A stretch of DNA of 64,000 bases from Rhodobiaceae bacterium (lineage in GTDB: Bacteria; Pseudomonadota; Alphaproteobacteria; Rhizobiales; NORP267): contig JAGRLG010000029.1 in the NCBI GenBank assembly GCA_020441905.1, positions 16,922 to 80,921 of the forward strand, written 5' to 3'. The position numbers were made by a program, and so were the translations under genes. The notes under the pieces were generated by a model that was not told the DNA's origin, did not search any database, and saw only the letters and a program-made list of their open reading frames with translations. Below are positions 27,564 to 36,671 of this stretch, in pieces (the first letter of the stretch is position 1; each line of letters starts with the position of its first letter).

Positions 27564-28646
27564 TCAATGGGTCACGAGGTCGTCGACGAATTCGCGGGTG
27601 CGCCGCTGCGCCTCGTGGTCGTCATACTGCACCGGCGGCGACTTCATGAAATAGCTCGACGGGCCTTCGAGGGCGCCGCCGATGCCGCGGTCGAGCGCCA
27701 GCCGCGCGCAACGGATGGCATCGATCACCACGCCGGCGGAATTGGGCGAGTCCCAGACCTCCAGCTTCATCTCCAGGTTGATCTGCGAGCCGCCGAATCC
27801 GGTGCCTTCGAGGCGGATCTGCGCCCATTTGCGGTCCTCCAGCCAGGGCACGTAGTCGCTGGGGCCGACATGGATGTTTCTTTCCTCGAGCGGAAAATCG
27901 ACCTGGCTGGTCACCGCCCGCGTCTTGGAGATCTTCTTCGACTTCAGGCGGTCGCGCTCCAGCATGTTGTGGAAATCCGAATTGCCGCCGAAATTGAGCT
28001 GGTAGGTGCGGTCGAGGCGGATGCCGCGCTGGCCCAGCAGCTGCGCCAGCACCCGATGCACAATGGTGGCGCCGACCTGGCTCTTGATGTCGTCGCCGAT
28101 GATCGGCAGGCCCGTCGCGGCAAAGCGCCCGGCCCAGGCCGGATCGGAGGCGATGAACACCGGAATGCAGTTGACCACGGCGCAGCCGGCCTTGAGCGCC
28201 TCCTCGACATAGAAGCGGGTCGCCGCTTCCGAGCCGACGGGCAGGTAGTTGATCAGGATCTCGGTGCCGGTGGCCTTGAGCACGTCGGTGACATCCACCG
28301 GCGGCGCCTCGGATTCCGGCACCATGTCCTTGAGATATTCGCCGATGCCATCCAGCGTCGGCCCTCGCAGCACCTTGACGCCGGTCTTTTCCACCTCGGC
28401 GAAGCTGCATGTATTGTTGGGGTCGGCGAAAATGGCCTCGGCGAGGTCGCGATCGACTTTGCCGGCATTGACATCGAAAGCCGAGCAGATCTCGACATCG
28501 CGCACGTGATAGCCGCCGAGCGAGACGTTCATCAGCCCCGGCGGCGGCGTATTGGCGTCGGCCTGGTCGTAGAACTTTATGCCCTGAACCAGCGACGAGG
28601 CGCAGTTTCCGACACCAACAATGCCAACTCGAATCTTGTCCGTCAC
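27564..28646 (-). CDS. ino1: myo-Inositol-1-phosphate synthase (inositol-3-phosphate synthase)
   Basis: '[22 protein letters not shown]', 'LPVGSE', '[11 protein letters not shown]', '[12 protein letters not shown]' and 'SKKISKT' match the bacterial/archaeal MIPS family of about 360 aa. I chose GTG 28646 (GGGGG SD 6 nt upstream); the track ORF starts at TTG 28664. Confidence 0.9.
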   Translation of the reverse strand: MTDKIRVGIVGVGNCASSLVQGIKFYDQADANTPPPGLMNVSLGGYHVRDVEICSAFDVNAGKVDRDLAEAIFADPNNTCSFAEVEKTGVKVLRGPTLDGIGEYLKDMVPESEAPPVDVTDVLKATGTEILINYLPVGSEAATRFYVEEALKAGCAVVNCIPVFIASDPAWAGRFAATGLPIIGDDIKSQVGATIVHRVLAQLLGQRGIRLDRTYQLNFGGNSDFHNMLERDRLKSKKISKTRAVTSQVDFPLEERNIHVGPSDYVPWLEDRKWAQIRLEGTGFGGSQINLEMKLEVWDSPNSAGVVIDAIRCARLALDRGIGGALEGPSSYFMKSPPVQYDDHEAQRRTREFVDDLVTH

Positions 28647-28825
28647 CGAAAGCCCCCATCGCAAGCAGTTTCAGGCTCAAAAGCCCATAGCAGTCATCTT
28701 CGCCAAGTTCCAGTGGCAGCGGCGCCGATGCCGCGGAAAGACCCCTTGCCGGCAACGGCGATCATTGTCTTGGCGCCGGATTGCCGCTAGGCCTTTTGCG
28801 ATCAGGAAGGAAACGAGCCAGCACC

Positions 28826-29884
28826 ATGCGCGCGCCCGCACCGATGCCCGATTGCCCTCGCCCGCCCGCCGCGCGCGCGCGCGCCGATGCCGGATGGCGC
28901 CGCGTTCCGCTGCGCCGGCTTCTCCTCGTCCTTGTCGCCATGGCCATCATTGCCGCCCTGCCCTTCGTGGACTGGGCAGGGCTGGGTATGGCGCTCGCCG
29001 CCGCCGATCCCTATTGGCTGGCCATGGCCGTCATTGCCAATCTTGCCGTTTTCCCGCTCTGGGTCTGGCAATGGCGGCTCCTGGCGCTGCCGGGGCGTGA
29101 CGTCGGCTGGCCGGTCATGGCCGAGATTGTCGCCCTGACGGCTGCCGCCAAGACCACCCTGTCCTCGATCGGCGGCGGCGCCTCGGCGGTGGCCCTACTG
29201 GTGGCGCGCGGCGAACTGACACTGATCGGCGCCACCTCATTGCTCGCCATGGACCAGCTTCTGGTCGGCATTGCCAAGCTGGCCGTCCTCGCCCTGGCGC
29301 TCTCCATTGCCCCGCTCCCCGCCCCCGTCTTCACCGCGGCGCTGGTCTTCGCCGCGCTGGTGGCCGCGTTGCTGGCCGCCCTCACCGTCCTTGCCTTCGG
29401 CCCGGCGCGGCTCGCCGGCATTGTGGCGCGCCGGCGCAGGCTTGGCGCCTGGCTTGGCAACATGCTGGGTCATGTTTCCGTCGGGCTTGCCACCATGCGC
29501 AGTCCGCAACGCGCCGCCCTGACCCTGGCGCTCGCGCTGGTCAAAAAATTCACCGAGGTCGCCGCCGCCCTTGCCATCCAGCTTGCCTGCGGCATCGCGC
29601 CTTCGCCCGCCGCCGCCATCCTGTCGGTGGCCGCCGTGAGCCTGACGACGGCGATACCGGTCATTCCCGGCAATATCGGCACCTATGCCGCCACCGTGTT
29701 TCTGGTCTACGAAGGCCTCGGCATCCCCGCCGCGCCGGCGCTGGCCGCCGGCCTGCTTCAGCACGGCGCCATGCTCATCCCCTCGCTCGCCATCGGCTAT
29801 GGCGCCGTGGCATTGTCGCGCCTTGGCGCAGGCGGCGCGGCGGCCGGCGAGGCGGCGCAAGAAACGGAGCAGGATCCGGCATGA
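28826..29884 (+). CDS. UPF0104 / lysyl-PG-synthase-TM-region family membrane protein (flippase-like)
   Basis: About 352 aa and polytopic. N-terminus 'RRLLLVLVAMAIIAALPFVDW..L..AL...DP.WLA.AV..NL' with 8 or more hydrophobic helices, typical of the MprF flippase-domain family. Its stop overlaps the lptB-like start (ATGA). Confidence 0.6.
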   Translation: MRAPAPMPDCPRPPAARARADAGWRRVPLRRLLLVLVAMAIIAALPFVDWAGLGMALAAADPYWLAMAVIANLAVFPLWVWQWRLLALPGRDVGWPVMAEIVALTAAAKTTLSSIGGGASAVALLVARGELTLIGATSLLAMDQLLVGIAKLAVLALALSIAPLPAPVFTAALVFAALVAALLAALTVLAFGPARLAGIVARRRRLGAWLGNMLGHVSVGLATMRSPQRAALTLALALVKKFTEVAAALAIQLACGIAPSPAAAILSVAAVSLTTAIPVIPGNIGTYAATVFLVYEGLGIPAAPALAAGLLQHGAMLIPSLAIGYGAVALSRLGAGGAAAGEAAQETEQDPA

Positions 29885-30663
29885 CCGCATCAGGGGCACC
29901 AGACGCGAAAATGCTCCAGGCCTCGGGCCTGGCCAAGGCCTATGGCGGCGGCGATGTCGTGGTCGATTTCAGCCTTCGCGTCGCGCGCGGCGAAACCGTC
30001 GCCCTGCTTGGCCCCAACGGCGCCGGCAAGACCACCGTTTTCAGCATGATAACCGGCGTCACGCGCCCCGATGCCGGCGCGGTGCGCATCGACGGCATCG
30101 ATGTCACCAAGATGCCGGTCTATGCCCGCGCCCGCCTCGGCCTCAGCTATCTGCCGCAGGAAACCTCGGTTTTCCGCGGCCTGTCGGTGGAGGACAATAT
30201 CCTGCTCTATCTCGAAAGCATCGAGCCGGATCGCCGCCGCCGCGCCCGCCGCCTGGAAGAACTGCTGGCCGAGGTCGGCCTCGCCGACATGCGCCGCCAG
30301 AGGGCCTCGCGCCTGTCCGGCGGCCAGCGGCGGCGCTGCGAAATCGCCCGCGCCCTCGCCGCCGACCCGCGCTACATCCTGCTTGACGAGCCTTTCGCCG
30401 GCATCGACCCTCTAGCCGTGAGCCACGTCCAGGCCACCATCCGCGACCTCAGCGCGCGCGGCCTCGGCGTTCTTGTCAGCGATCACAATGTGCGCGAGAC
30501 GCTGGCCATCGTCGACCGCGCCTATGTCATCGAATCGGGATACCTGCTGGCCCATGGCACGCCGGGCGAGATCATCGGCGACGAACAGGTGCGCCGCCTC
30601 TATCTCGGCAGCACCTTCGCCGCGCCGCCTTCGGGGGCCGCGCCGCCCGGCCCCACGGCCTGA
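29881..30663 (+). CDS. lptB: LptB-family ABC ATPase (paralog embedded in the lipid island)
   Basis: 'LLGPNGAGKTT.F.MI.G', 'LGLSYLPQE.S.FR.LSVEDN', 'LSGGQRRRCEIARALA..P.YILLDEPFAGIDP' and 'DHNVRETL' are LptB hallmarks. 260 aa. Confidence 0.8.
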   Translation: MTASGAPDAKMLQASGLAKAYGGGDVVVDFSLRVARGETVALLGPNGAGKTTVFSMITGVTRPDAGAVRIDGIDVTKMPVYARARLGLSYLPQETSVFRGLSVEDNILLYLESIEPDRRRRARRLEELLAEVGLADMRRQRASRLSGGQRRRCEIARALAADPRYILLDEPFAGIDPLAVSHVQATIRDLSARGLGVLVSDHNVRETLAIVDRAYVIESGYLLAHGTPGEIIGDEQVRRLYLGSTFAAPPSGAAPPGPTA

Positions 30664-30781
30664 ACGCGGTCCCGACGGGAACGAAACAGGGGAAACAGCC
30701 ATCGCCTCCTTCCAGACACTGCATGCCGGCGCGGCGCGCCGTCACCCTCCCGCCGGCATCCCGCGGCGGCCGGGGCGTGCC

Positions 30782-31945
30782 GTGCCGGGGCGCTATGTCG
30801 GCGGCCTCATCCGCGACATCGCCCGCATCACGCTTGGTGTCCTGGCCGGCATCGAGGCGATCTATCTTTCCGACAAGGTGATCACCCACCTCCTGCCGAC
30901 CACCCTCCAGAACCAGGCCGGATTTGCCGATCTGGCGCTGCTGGTGCTCTACGCGACGCCGGAAATCCTATTCATCGGCTTTCCGGTGGCGCTGCTGATC
31001 GCGGTCTATCTGGTTCTGCTGCGCCGCCGCGAGGCCAATGAGTTCGTCGTCTTCGCCGGTGTCGGCTACGGCACCGGCGCGCTGCTCGCCCTGGTCCTGG
31101 TCATCGGCCTCGCCGGCCAGGCGCTTTCCCTGGCTGCCACCGGCTATATCGAACCCCACGCCCTGCACCTGTTCGGCAAGACGGCGTTCGAAACCCGCTA
31201 CAAGGCGCTGCGTGAAGGCCGCCTCGCCGCCGGCAAGTTCTATGTCTTCGACAAATATGCCGTCTTCGCCCCCTATCGGCGCGGCAATGACGTGGTCGAC
31301 AACCTGTTCATCCATGCCCGCCTCGACGCCAACCGCTACCGCATCATGATCGCGGACCGCGCCACCTTGTTCGGCTCGCCGGAAATCCGCAATCTGGGGC
31401 TGATATTCGAGAATGCGTCGGTCCATGAATTCCACGAGAACCGCACCCTGGACCCCGGCCCAGCCGAATGTCAGAAATGCCGCAACGCCCGTCCGGCGGC
31501 CCCCTTCAACGTTCTCAGGATCAATCACCTCTACGGCGAGCTGCCCGCCGGCGACGGGCAGGAATTCGGCCCGCGCGGCCAGCGCCCGGCGGAACTGACC
31601 AGCCTCGAACTGCTGACCGGGCAAGACACCGGCGGCGGCGCCACGCGGGAAATGTCGGCTCGCGCCGTGCGCGCCCTCACCTGCCTGCTGGCGCCCCTTA
31701 TCGCCCTGCTGGCAGTGGCGCTGACCAGCCAGGCCACCATGTTCATTGCCCTGCCCGCCGCCTGCGCGCTGATCCTCGGCACCGGATTTTTCGGCGGCCA
31801 GGCCGCCGGCCTGCTGCCCCCCGCCGGCATGGCGGCCAATCTTGGCGCGGTGCTGGTGCTGGGGCTTGCCGCCGCCGCGGCCCTCATTTGGGCCGTGCTG
31901 CGCGTCCAGAACGGCTGCGTGCGCCCGCACGGGGTGCGGCTATGA
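30782..31945 (+). CDS. lptF: LptF-like (YjgP/YjgQ family) permease
   Basis: The in-frame GTG at 30782 gives 'MPGRYVGGLIRDIARITLGVLAG...', the family-typical N-terminal RY motif. This is followed by 3 TM helices, a periplasmic domain of about 170 aa and 3 C-terminal TM helices. Its stop overlaps the next start (ATGA). Confidence 0.7.
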   Translation: MPGRYVGGLIRDIARITLGVLAGIEAIYLSDKVITHLLPTTLQNQAGFADLALLVLYATPEILFIGFPVALLIAVYLVLLRRREANEFVVFAGVGYGTGALLALVLVIGLAGQALSLAATGYIEPHALHLFGKTAFETRYKALREGRLAAGKFYVFDKYAVFAPYRRGNDVVDNLFIHARLDANRYRIMIADRATLFGSPEIRNLGLIFENASVHEFHENRTLDPGPAECQKCRNARPAAPFNVLRINHLYGELPAGDGQEFGPRGQRPAELTSLELLTGQDTGGGATREMSARAVRALTCLLAPLIALLAVALTSQATMFIALPAACALILGTGFFGGQAAGLLPPAGMAANLGAVLVLGLAAAAALIWAVLRVQNGCVRPHGVRL

Positions 31946-33120
31946 CCGCGCCGCTGGCCCCGTTCGGCCGCGAGACCCGCTATGTTTCCCGGCTCTATCT
32001 GCAAAGGGTCTTCGTCGTCGCCGCCGCGACCATGGCGATCGTGCTCGCGCTCGACCTTGCCTCGAACATGACCTGGTTGTTGTCGGACCGCGCCGCAGCA
32101 TCGGGGCGGGACGGCTTTGCGCGCCTAGCCTATTATCTCGGCCTGCGCGCCGCCTACAACACGCCGGCCATCCTGCCCATCGCCGCCGTGGTCGGTGTCG
32201 TCTGGGCGGAGTTCGCCCTTGCCGCTTCCTACGAGCGCCTCATGATCTTCAATTCCGGGCGCTCGCCCCTGCGCTCGCTGGTTCCGGCGATCCTGGTCGG
32301 CCTCCTGCTCGGCTCGGCCCAGTTCGCCGCGCTGAGCTATGCCCAGCCCTTTGCCGTGGCGGCGCAGGCGCGATCCAATTTCCGCGATTACGGCCCGAGC
32401 TTCCACCCCGACAGCGTCACCGGGCGCAAATGGATCGCCATCGAGGACGCGCTGGTCAACGCCCGCATCGAATTCGGGCATCCGGTGACCCTGCGCGACA
32501 TGATCGTCTATGGCCTCGACCGCGACGGCCAACTCGAAATCGTCGTCAGCGCCGAACGAGCCGTTCCCGCCGCCGAACCCGGCATGTGGGCGCTTAGCTC
32601 TGGCTCATGGTGGGGCCGCCCCGCCTCGCCGGCACAGGGCGGCGCCGGCGCCGGCGGTGGCGCCGAGGCCGCTTTTGAAAACGCGGAGATCAAGCTGCCG
32701 CTGGATCCGCTCTGGGTCGCCAATTACGAGGTGCCGGCCCGATTCCTGCCGCAGAAGGTCATCCGCGCGCTGGGTTCCGGCGGCCCCGGAATTCCCGAGG
32801 CGTTCAGCTATCGCACCACCTATCAGACGCGGCTGGCCTCGCTGCTCTACCCCCTCGCCATGACCCTCCTCGGCGCCACCTTGTGCCTGCTCATGCTCGG
32901 CCCCAGGGTGCGGCCGATGGTATCGGTGAAGATCGGCCTCGCTGGCTATGGCGTGCACGTCGCTTCCAAGGTTCTGACCACCCTTGGCGAATATGGCTAT
33001 GTCACGCCCGTCGTGGCGGCCTGGGCGCTGCCGGTCGCCGTCGCCGGCGGCGCGCTGCTGGTGCTGGCCCGCCGCGAGCGCAAGGTTCGCCGCTCGCTCG
33101 CCCGCCAGGCGGCAGGCTAG
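31942..33120 (+). CDS. lptG: LptG-like (YjgP/YjgQ family) permease
   Basis: 'RYVSRLYLQRVFVVAAATMAIVLALDL', with the same 3 TM / periplasmic domain / 3 TM topology as its partner. 392 aa. Confidence 0.75.
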   Translation: MTAPLAPFGRETRYVSRLYLQRVFVVAAATMAIVLALDLASNMTWLLSDRAAASGRDGFARLAYYLGLRAAYNTPAILPIAAVVGVVWAEFALAASYERLMIFNSGRSPLRSLVPAILVGLLLGSAQFAALSYAQPFAVAAQARSNFRDYGPSFHPDSVTGRKWIAIEDALVNARIEFGHPVTLRDMIVYGLDRDGQLEIVVSAERAVPAAEPGMWALSSGSWWGRPASPAQGGAGAGGGAEAAFENAEIKLPLDPLWVANYEVPARFLPQKVIRALGSGGPGIPEAFSYRTTYQTRLASLLYPLAMTLLGATLCLLMLGPRVRPMVSVKIGLAGYGVHVASKVLTTLGEYGYVTPVVAAWALPVAVAGGALLVLARRERKVRRSLARQAAG

Positions 33121-33524
33121 AATTCTGCCGTCAGCTCTATTTCCGCCTCGCCCATCACCACGGTCTTGCCGGCGGCGGCCGCGGTCAGCCGCACCACCGC
33201 CCGGCGGGACGCCGGATCGGCCGCGACCACCCGCCCCGAAATCTCCACGCCCTCGCCGAAAAGGACCGGGCGCAGGAAGCGCGCCGCCAGGCGGGCGATG
33301 GCGCCGCAGCGCGGCCAGGCCTCCAGCGCGCGGGAAAACTGCCCCATCACCAGCATGCCGGGAACCGGCAGGCCGGCCATGCCGGCGCCGCGCGCCAGGG
33401 TTTCGTCGCGGTGCAGCGGATTGTCGTCGCCCGAGGCCGCCAGATAGGCGCCGACCGCATCGGCGCCGATGGCTTCGATGGCAAGCCCCGGCAGGCGCTG
33501 GCCGATCAGTTCCTGGCGGCTCAT
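33117..33524 (-). CDS. MaoC-like (R)-specific hydratase/dehydratase, catalytic hot-dog subunit (HadB-like)
   Basis: 135 aa. Hydratase-2 motif 'YLAASGDDNPLHRDETLA' ([YF]-x-x-[STG]-G-D-x-N-P-[LIV]-H). The start overlaps the upstream stop by 4 nt. Confidence 0.75.
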   Translation of the reverse strand: MSRQELIGQRLPGLAIEAIGADAVGAYLAASGDDNPLHRDETLARGAGMAGLPVPGMLVMGQFSRALEAWPRCGAIARLAARFLRPVLFGEGVEISGRVVAADPASRRAVVRLTAAAAGKTVVMGEAEIELTAEF

Positions 33525-33943
33525 GGGCGCGGCTCCTTGCCGCCGGCGAGAACGAAGCTGCCGCACACGCTGGCGACCCTGGCCCCGGCGCCATCGCGCA
33601 GATCGGCCCTCACCCGCGCCACCCCCCTGGCATCCGGCCCGGCAAGGCCGACATCCATGGCATAGGGCTGGCCGATGCGCAGGGGCGCGAAATATTCCAT
33701 TTCCTGGTCGAGATGCACCGGCACCTTGCCGCCGCCGCCCAGCGCCACCAGCAGCGCCGATTTGACCGCCGGCTCCGCCAGCCAGCAGATCGGAAAGGTG
33801 ACCGGCACTTCGCCCCGGCCAGCGCCGCCAGCCCCGCCCAATGCCAGCGCGGCGCGAAAGCGGGCCACCCGCTCCGCCCCGGCCACGACATCGAAACTGC
33901 CGATGCGGCGAAATCCTGGCGCGGGCGCGGCGGGCGTCGCCAT
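33521..33943 (-). CDS. Hot-dog fold protein without hydratase motif (MaoC N-terminal-like, HadA/HadC-like partner)
   Basis: 140 aa from ATG 33943 ('MATPAAPAPGFRRIGSFDVV...'). It has no D-x-N-P-x-H motif. It sits directly between the KAS gene and the catalytic hot-dog gene. Confidence 0.55.
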   Translation of the reverse strand: MATPAAPAPGFRRIGSFDVVAGAERVARFRAALALGGAGGAGRGEVPVTFPICWLAEPAVKSALLVALGGGGKVPVHLDQEMEYFAPLRIGQPYAMDVGLAGPDARGVARVRADLRDGAGARVASVCGSFVLAGGKEPRP

Positions 33944-33948
33944 GCCCG

Positions 33949-35157
33949 TCACTCCGGCCGGGACACGATCAGCGCGGCATTGATGCCGCCAAAGGCGAAG
34001 GAATTGGACAGCGCGGCTTCGAAGCGGTGGGCCTGCGGACCCGCGGTCGGCAGGTTGAGCGGGCATTTGGCGTCCGGCGCCTTGAAATTGATGTGTGCGG
34101 GCACGACCTGGGCCTCCAGGGCGCGAACCGTGATCGCCAGTTCCAGCGCCCCGGCGGCGCCAAGGGTATGGCCGATGACCGGCTTGGAGGACGACACCGG
34201 CAGCTCGCCCACCCCCTCGCCGAAAACCTGGCGCAGGGCGGCCGCCTCGTTGATATCGTTGAGCACGGTGCCGGTGCCGTGGGCATTGACATAGCCGATC
34301 GCGGCGGGCGCGAGGCCGGCATCGGCCAGCGCCGCGCTCATGGCGTTGGCGGCGCCGTCCACGTCGGGCTGGATGATGTCGCGGGCATCGCTGGTGGTGC
34401 CGTAGCCGGCCAGCCGCGCCAGCACCTTGGCGCCGCGCGCCAGCGCCAGATCCTCGGCCTCGAGGACGAAAACCCCCGCCCCCTCGCCGATGACGATGCC
34501 GGTGCGCCCGGCGGAAAAGGGCCGGCAGACATCGGGCGAAAGCACCCGCATCATTTCCCAGGCGCGCAGGGTCGCCGCCGTGATGCAGGCCTCGCTGCCG
34601 CCGACGACGGCGCGGTCGATGGCGCCCGAGCGGATCAGCATGGCGGCGATACCGATCGACTGGCTGGCCGAGGAACAGGCGCTGGTAACGGAAAAACAGG
34701 GGCCGGTGATGCGGTGGGTGATGCTGATATGGGAGGTCGCGGCGCTCGGGATCAGCTTGGGCACGCTCAGCGGATCGACCCGTTTCACGCCGCTGTAGAA
34801 ATCGAAGCAGCCGTCGTCAAGCGTATTCATGCCGCCGATGCCGGTGCCGATGATGGCCGCCGTCCGCGGCCCGGCGATCTCGTCCGCGCCCAGGCCCGAT
34901 TGCGCAATGGCCTCGGCGGCGGCGACATGGGCAAACTGGGTAAAGCGGTCGCAGCGCCGCATGACATCGGCCGGCGCGTGGGAGGCGGGATCGAAATCCT
35001 TCACGCTCGCCGCTACCCGCACGCGCAGGCTTTGCCCGCGCGTGATGTCCAGCGGCCCGACCGCCGACACCCCGTCGCGCGCCGCCAGCCACAGGGCATC
35101 GACCCCGATGCCGGCGGCGCTGATGGCGCCCATGCCTGTAATGGCGACCTTTCTCAT
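33949..35157 (-). CDS. Beta-ketoacyl-ACP synthase I/II family (FabF/FabB-like)
   Basis: 402 aa. Cys-His-His triad context: 'SACSSASQSIG', 'NAHGTGTVLND', 'SSKPVIGHTLGAAGALE'. A GAGGA SD is present. Confidence 0.9.
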   Translation of the reverse strand: MRKVAITGMGAISAAGIGVDALWLAARDGVSAVGPLDITRGQSLRVRVAASVKDFDPASHAPADVMRRCDRFTQFAHVAAAEAIAQSGLGADEIAGPRTAAIIGTGIGGMNTLDDGCFDFYSGVKRVDPLSVPKLIPSAATSHISITHRITGPCFSVTSACSSASQSIGIAAMLIRSGAIDRAVVGGSEACITAATLRAWEMMRVLSPDVCRPFSAGRTGIVIGEGAGVFVLEAEDLALARGAKVLARLAGYGTTSDARDIIQPDVDGAANAMSAALADAGLAPAAIGYVNAHGTGTVLNDINEAAALRQVFGEGVGELPVSSSKPVIGHTLGAAGALELAITVRALEAQVVPAHINFKAPDAKCPLNLPTAGPQAHRFEAALSNSFAFGGINAALIVSRPE

Positions 35158-35170
35158 CGGGAGGATGTCC

Positions 35171-35491
35171 TCACCCGCCCGACGTCGGCGCCGCCGGCTC
35201 GCTCTGCATCGAGGCGACGATGACGCTGATCAACTCGGACAGGTTGCGCGCCTCGGAAAGATCGGAACTCATGGGAATGTAGGTGTCGAATTCCTCTTCC
35301 AGGCCCATCAGCACCATCACGACCTCGATCGATTCAAGGCCCAGCGTTTGCAGCGTCGCCTCGGGCGCGATCTTGTCCCGCTCGACCTTTCCCTCTTCGA
35401 CGATCACCTTGATGATCCGCTCGATCATGTCCGGATCGTCGAGTTGCGGCCATGTCGTCGGCGCCGGGCCGCGTGTGTCCTCATCCGTCAT
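35171..35491 (-). CDS. Dedicated acyl carrier protein
   Basis: 106 aa from ATG 35491 (GGGAG SD). Phosphopantetheine site 'LQTLGLESIEVVMVLMGLEEEF'. It is longer than AcpP, with N- and C-terminal extensions. Confidence 0.8.
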   Translation of the reverse strand: MTDEDTRGPAPTTWPQLDDPDMIERIIKVIVEEGKVERDKIAPEATLQTLGLESIEVVMVLMGLEEEFDTYIPMSSDLSEARNLSELISVIVASMQSEPAAPTSGG

Positions 35492-36671
35492 TGTCGTCTC
35501 CCTCGCCTGCCGCGGCATCAGCTTCCAGCACCTTGTCATAGAGGCGCAGGGTGCGCACGCGCTTGAAGTTGAATTGCTCCAGTATTTTCAGCAATGCCTG
35601 ATTGTTTTCCAGCACCCAGCCCGCTTCCAGCCAGTCGGTTTCATAGTGGGCGCTGCGGGCGATCATCTCGTCGATCATGGTCATGGCGATGGCGGCGCCG
35701 CCGACGCTGTGGCGCAGGTCGAAAACCACGCCGAGCAGGATGATGCGCCCGGTGCGGAACCTGTGGGTGAACATGCGATAGCCGAGCTTGAGCCAGCCCA
35801 GCGGCGAGGGATCGGCGCCAAGATCGCCGGTGGCCTCGAACAGGTTGGGCAGCACCAAGGCGACGCCGACCGGGCGGCCCGCCATTTCGACGATGACACC
35901 GGCATCGGCGGGAACGAAGGGCTTCAGGTCCTTCGAAATGCCCTCCAGATCCTCTTTTTGCAGCGGCACGAAGCCCCAGTTGTCCTGCCAGGCGTCGTTA
36001 TAGACCGCGCGCATGATTTCGACGTCGCGGGCCAGGTTCTTCAGATCGAGCGCGCGCACGACCAGGTCGGGGCGCCGGCGCTGCAGCGCCAGGCGGACGC
36101 GCCGCGCTTCCAGCTCTGCCTGGGCGCTGTCGAGGCGCCAGTAATGCAGGTCGCGCATCTTGGCATAGCCGCAGGCCTCGACATGGCCCTCCAGATAGGC
36201 CGGGTGCCAGGGCACCATGATCAGCGCCGGTTCCTCGCGCCCTTCGACCAGCAGGCCCGCCTCCTCGTTCATCGACAGCAGGCAGGGTCCGAAAACGCGG
36301 CCGAAGCCGCGATCGGCGATCCAGTCCTCGGCGGTTTCGATCAGCGCCCGCACCACCTCCAGCTCGTCAATGGCATCGAGGCAGCCGAACATGCCGGCGC
36401 CCTCCAGGGCGTCGCCGGGGCCGCTGGCGCGGATCTGGGCGTGGTCGATCTGCGCCGAAATGCGCCCCACCGCGGCGCCATCCTTGCGGGCGATCCAGTA
36501 TTGCGCCTCGCCATGCTTGAAGAACGGCGCCTTGGCGGGATCGAGCAGGCCCCGGCGCTCCATGGTCATCGGCGCGGTGTAGCCGGCAAGGCCGCGGTAG
36601 AGCCGGGGCGGCAGGGCGATGAACTCCTTCACCGCCGCCTTGCTGTCGGCGCGTTCGATGGTCACCCTCAT
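35481..36671 (-). CDS. Large GNAT-fold acyltransferase (~396 aa; candidate N-acyltransferase)
   Basis: The in-frame ATG at 36671 overlaps the PAP2 stop (ATGA). 'MRVTIERADSKAAVKEFIALPPRLY...' has a two-lobed GNAT-like organisation, with the acyl-CoA/ACP-binding-type segment 'RIILLGVVFDLRHSVGGAAIAMTMIDEMI'. The track ORF 35481..37544 is an in-frame fusion artefact with the antisense of the PAP2 gene. Confidence 0.55.
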   Translation of the reverse strand: MRVTIERADSKAAVKEFIALPPRLYRGLAGYTAPMTMERRGLLDPAKAPFFKHGEAQYWIARKDGAAVGRISAQIDHAQIRASGPGDALEGAGMFGCLDAIDELEVVRALIETAEDWIADRGFGRVFGPCLLSMNEEAGLLVEGREEPALIMVPWHPAYLEGHVEACGYAKMRDLHYWRLDSAQAELEARRVRLALQRRRPDLVVRALDLKNLARDVEIMRAVYNDAWQDNWGFVPLQKEDLEGISKDLKPFVPADAGVIVEMAGRPVGVALVLPNLFEATGDLGADPSPLGWLKLGYRMFTHRFRTGRIILLGVVFDLRHSVGGAAIAMTMIDEMIARSAHYETDWLEAGWVLENNQALLKILEQFNFKRVRTLRLYDKVLEADAAAGEGDDNDG

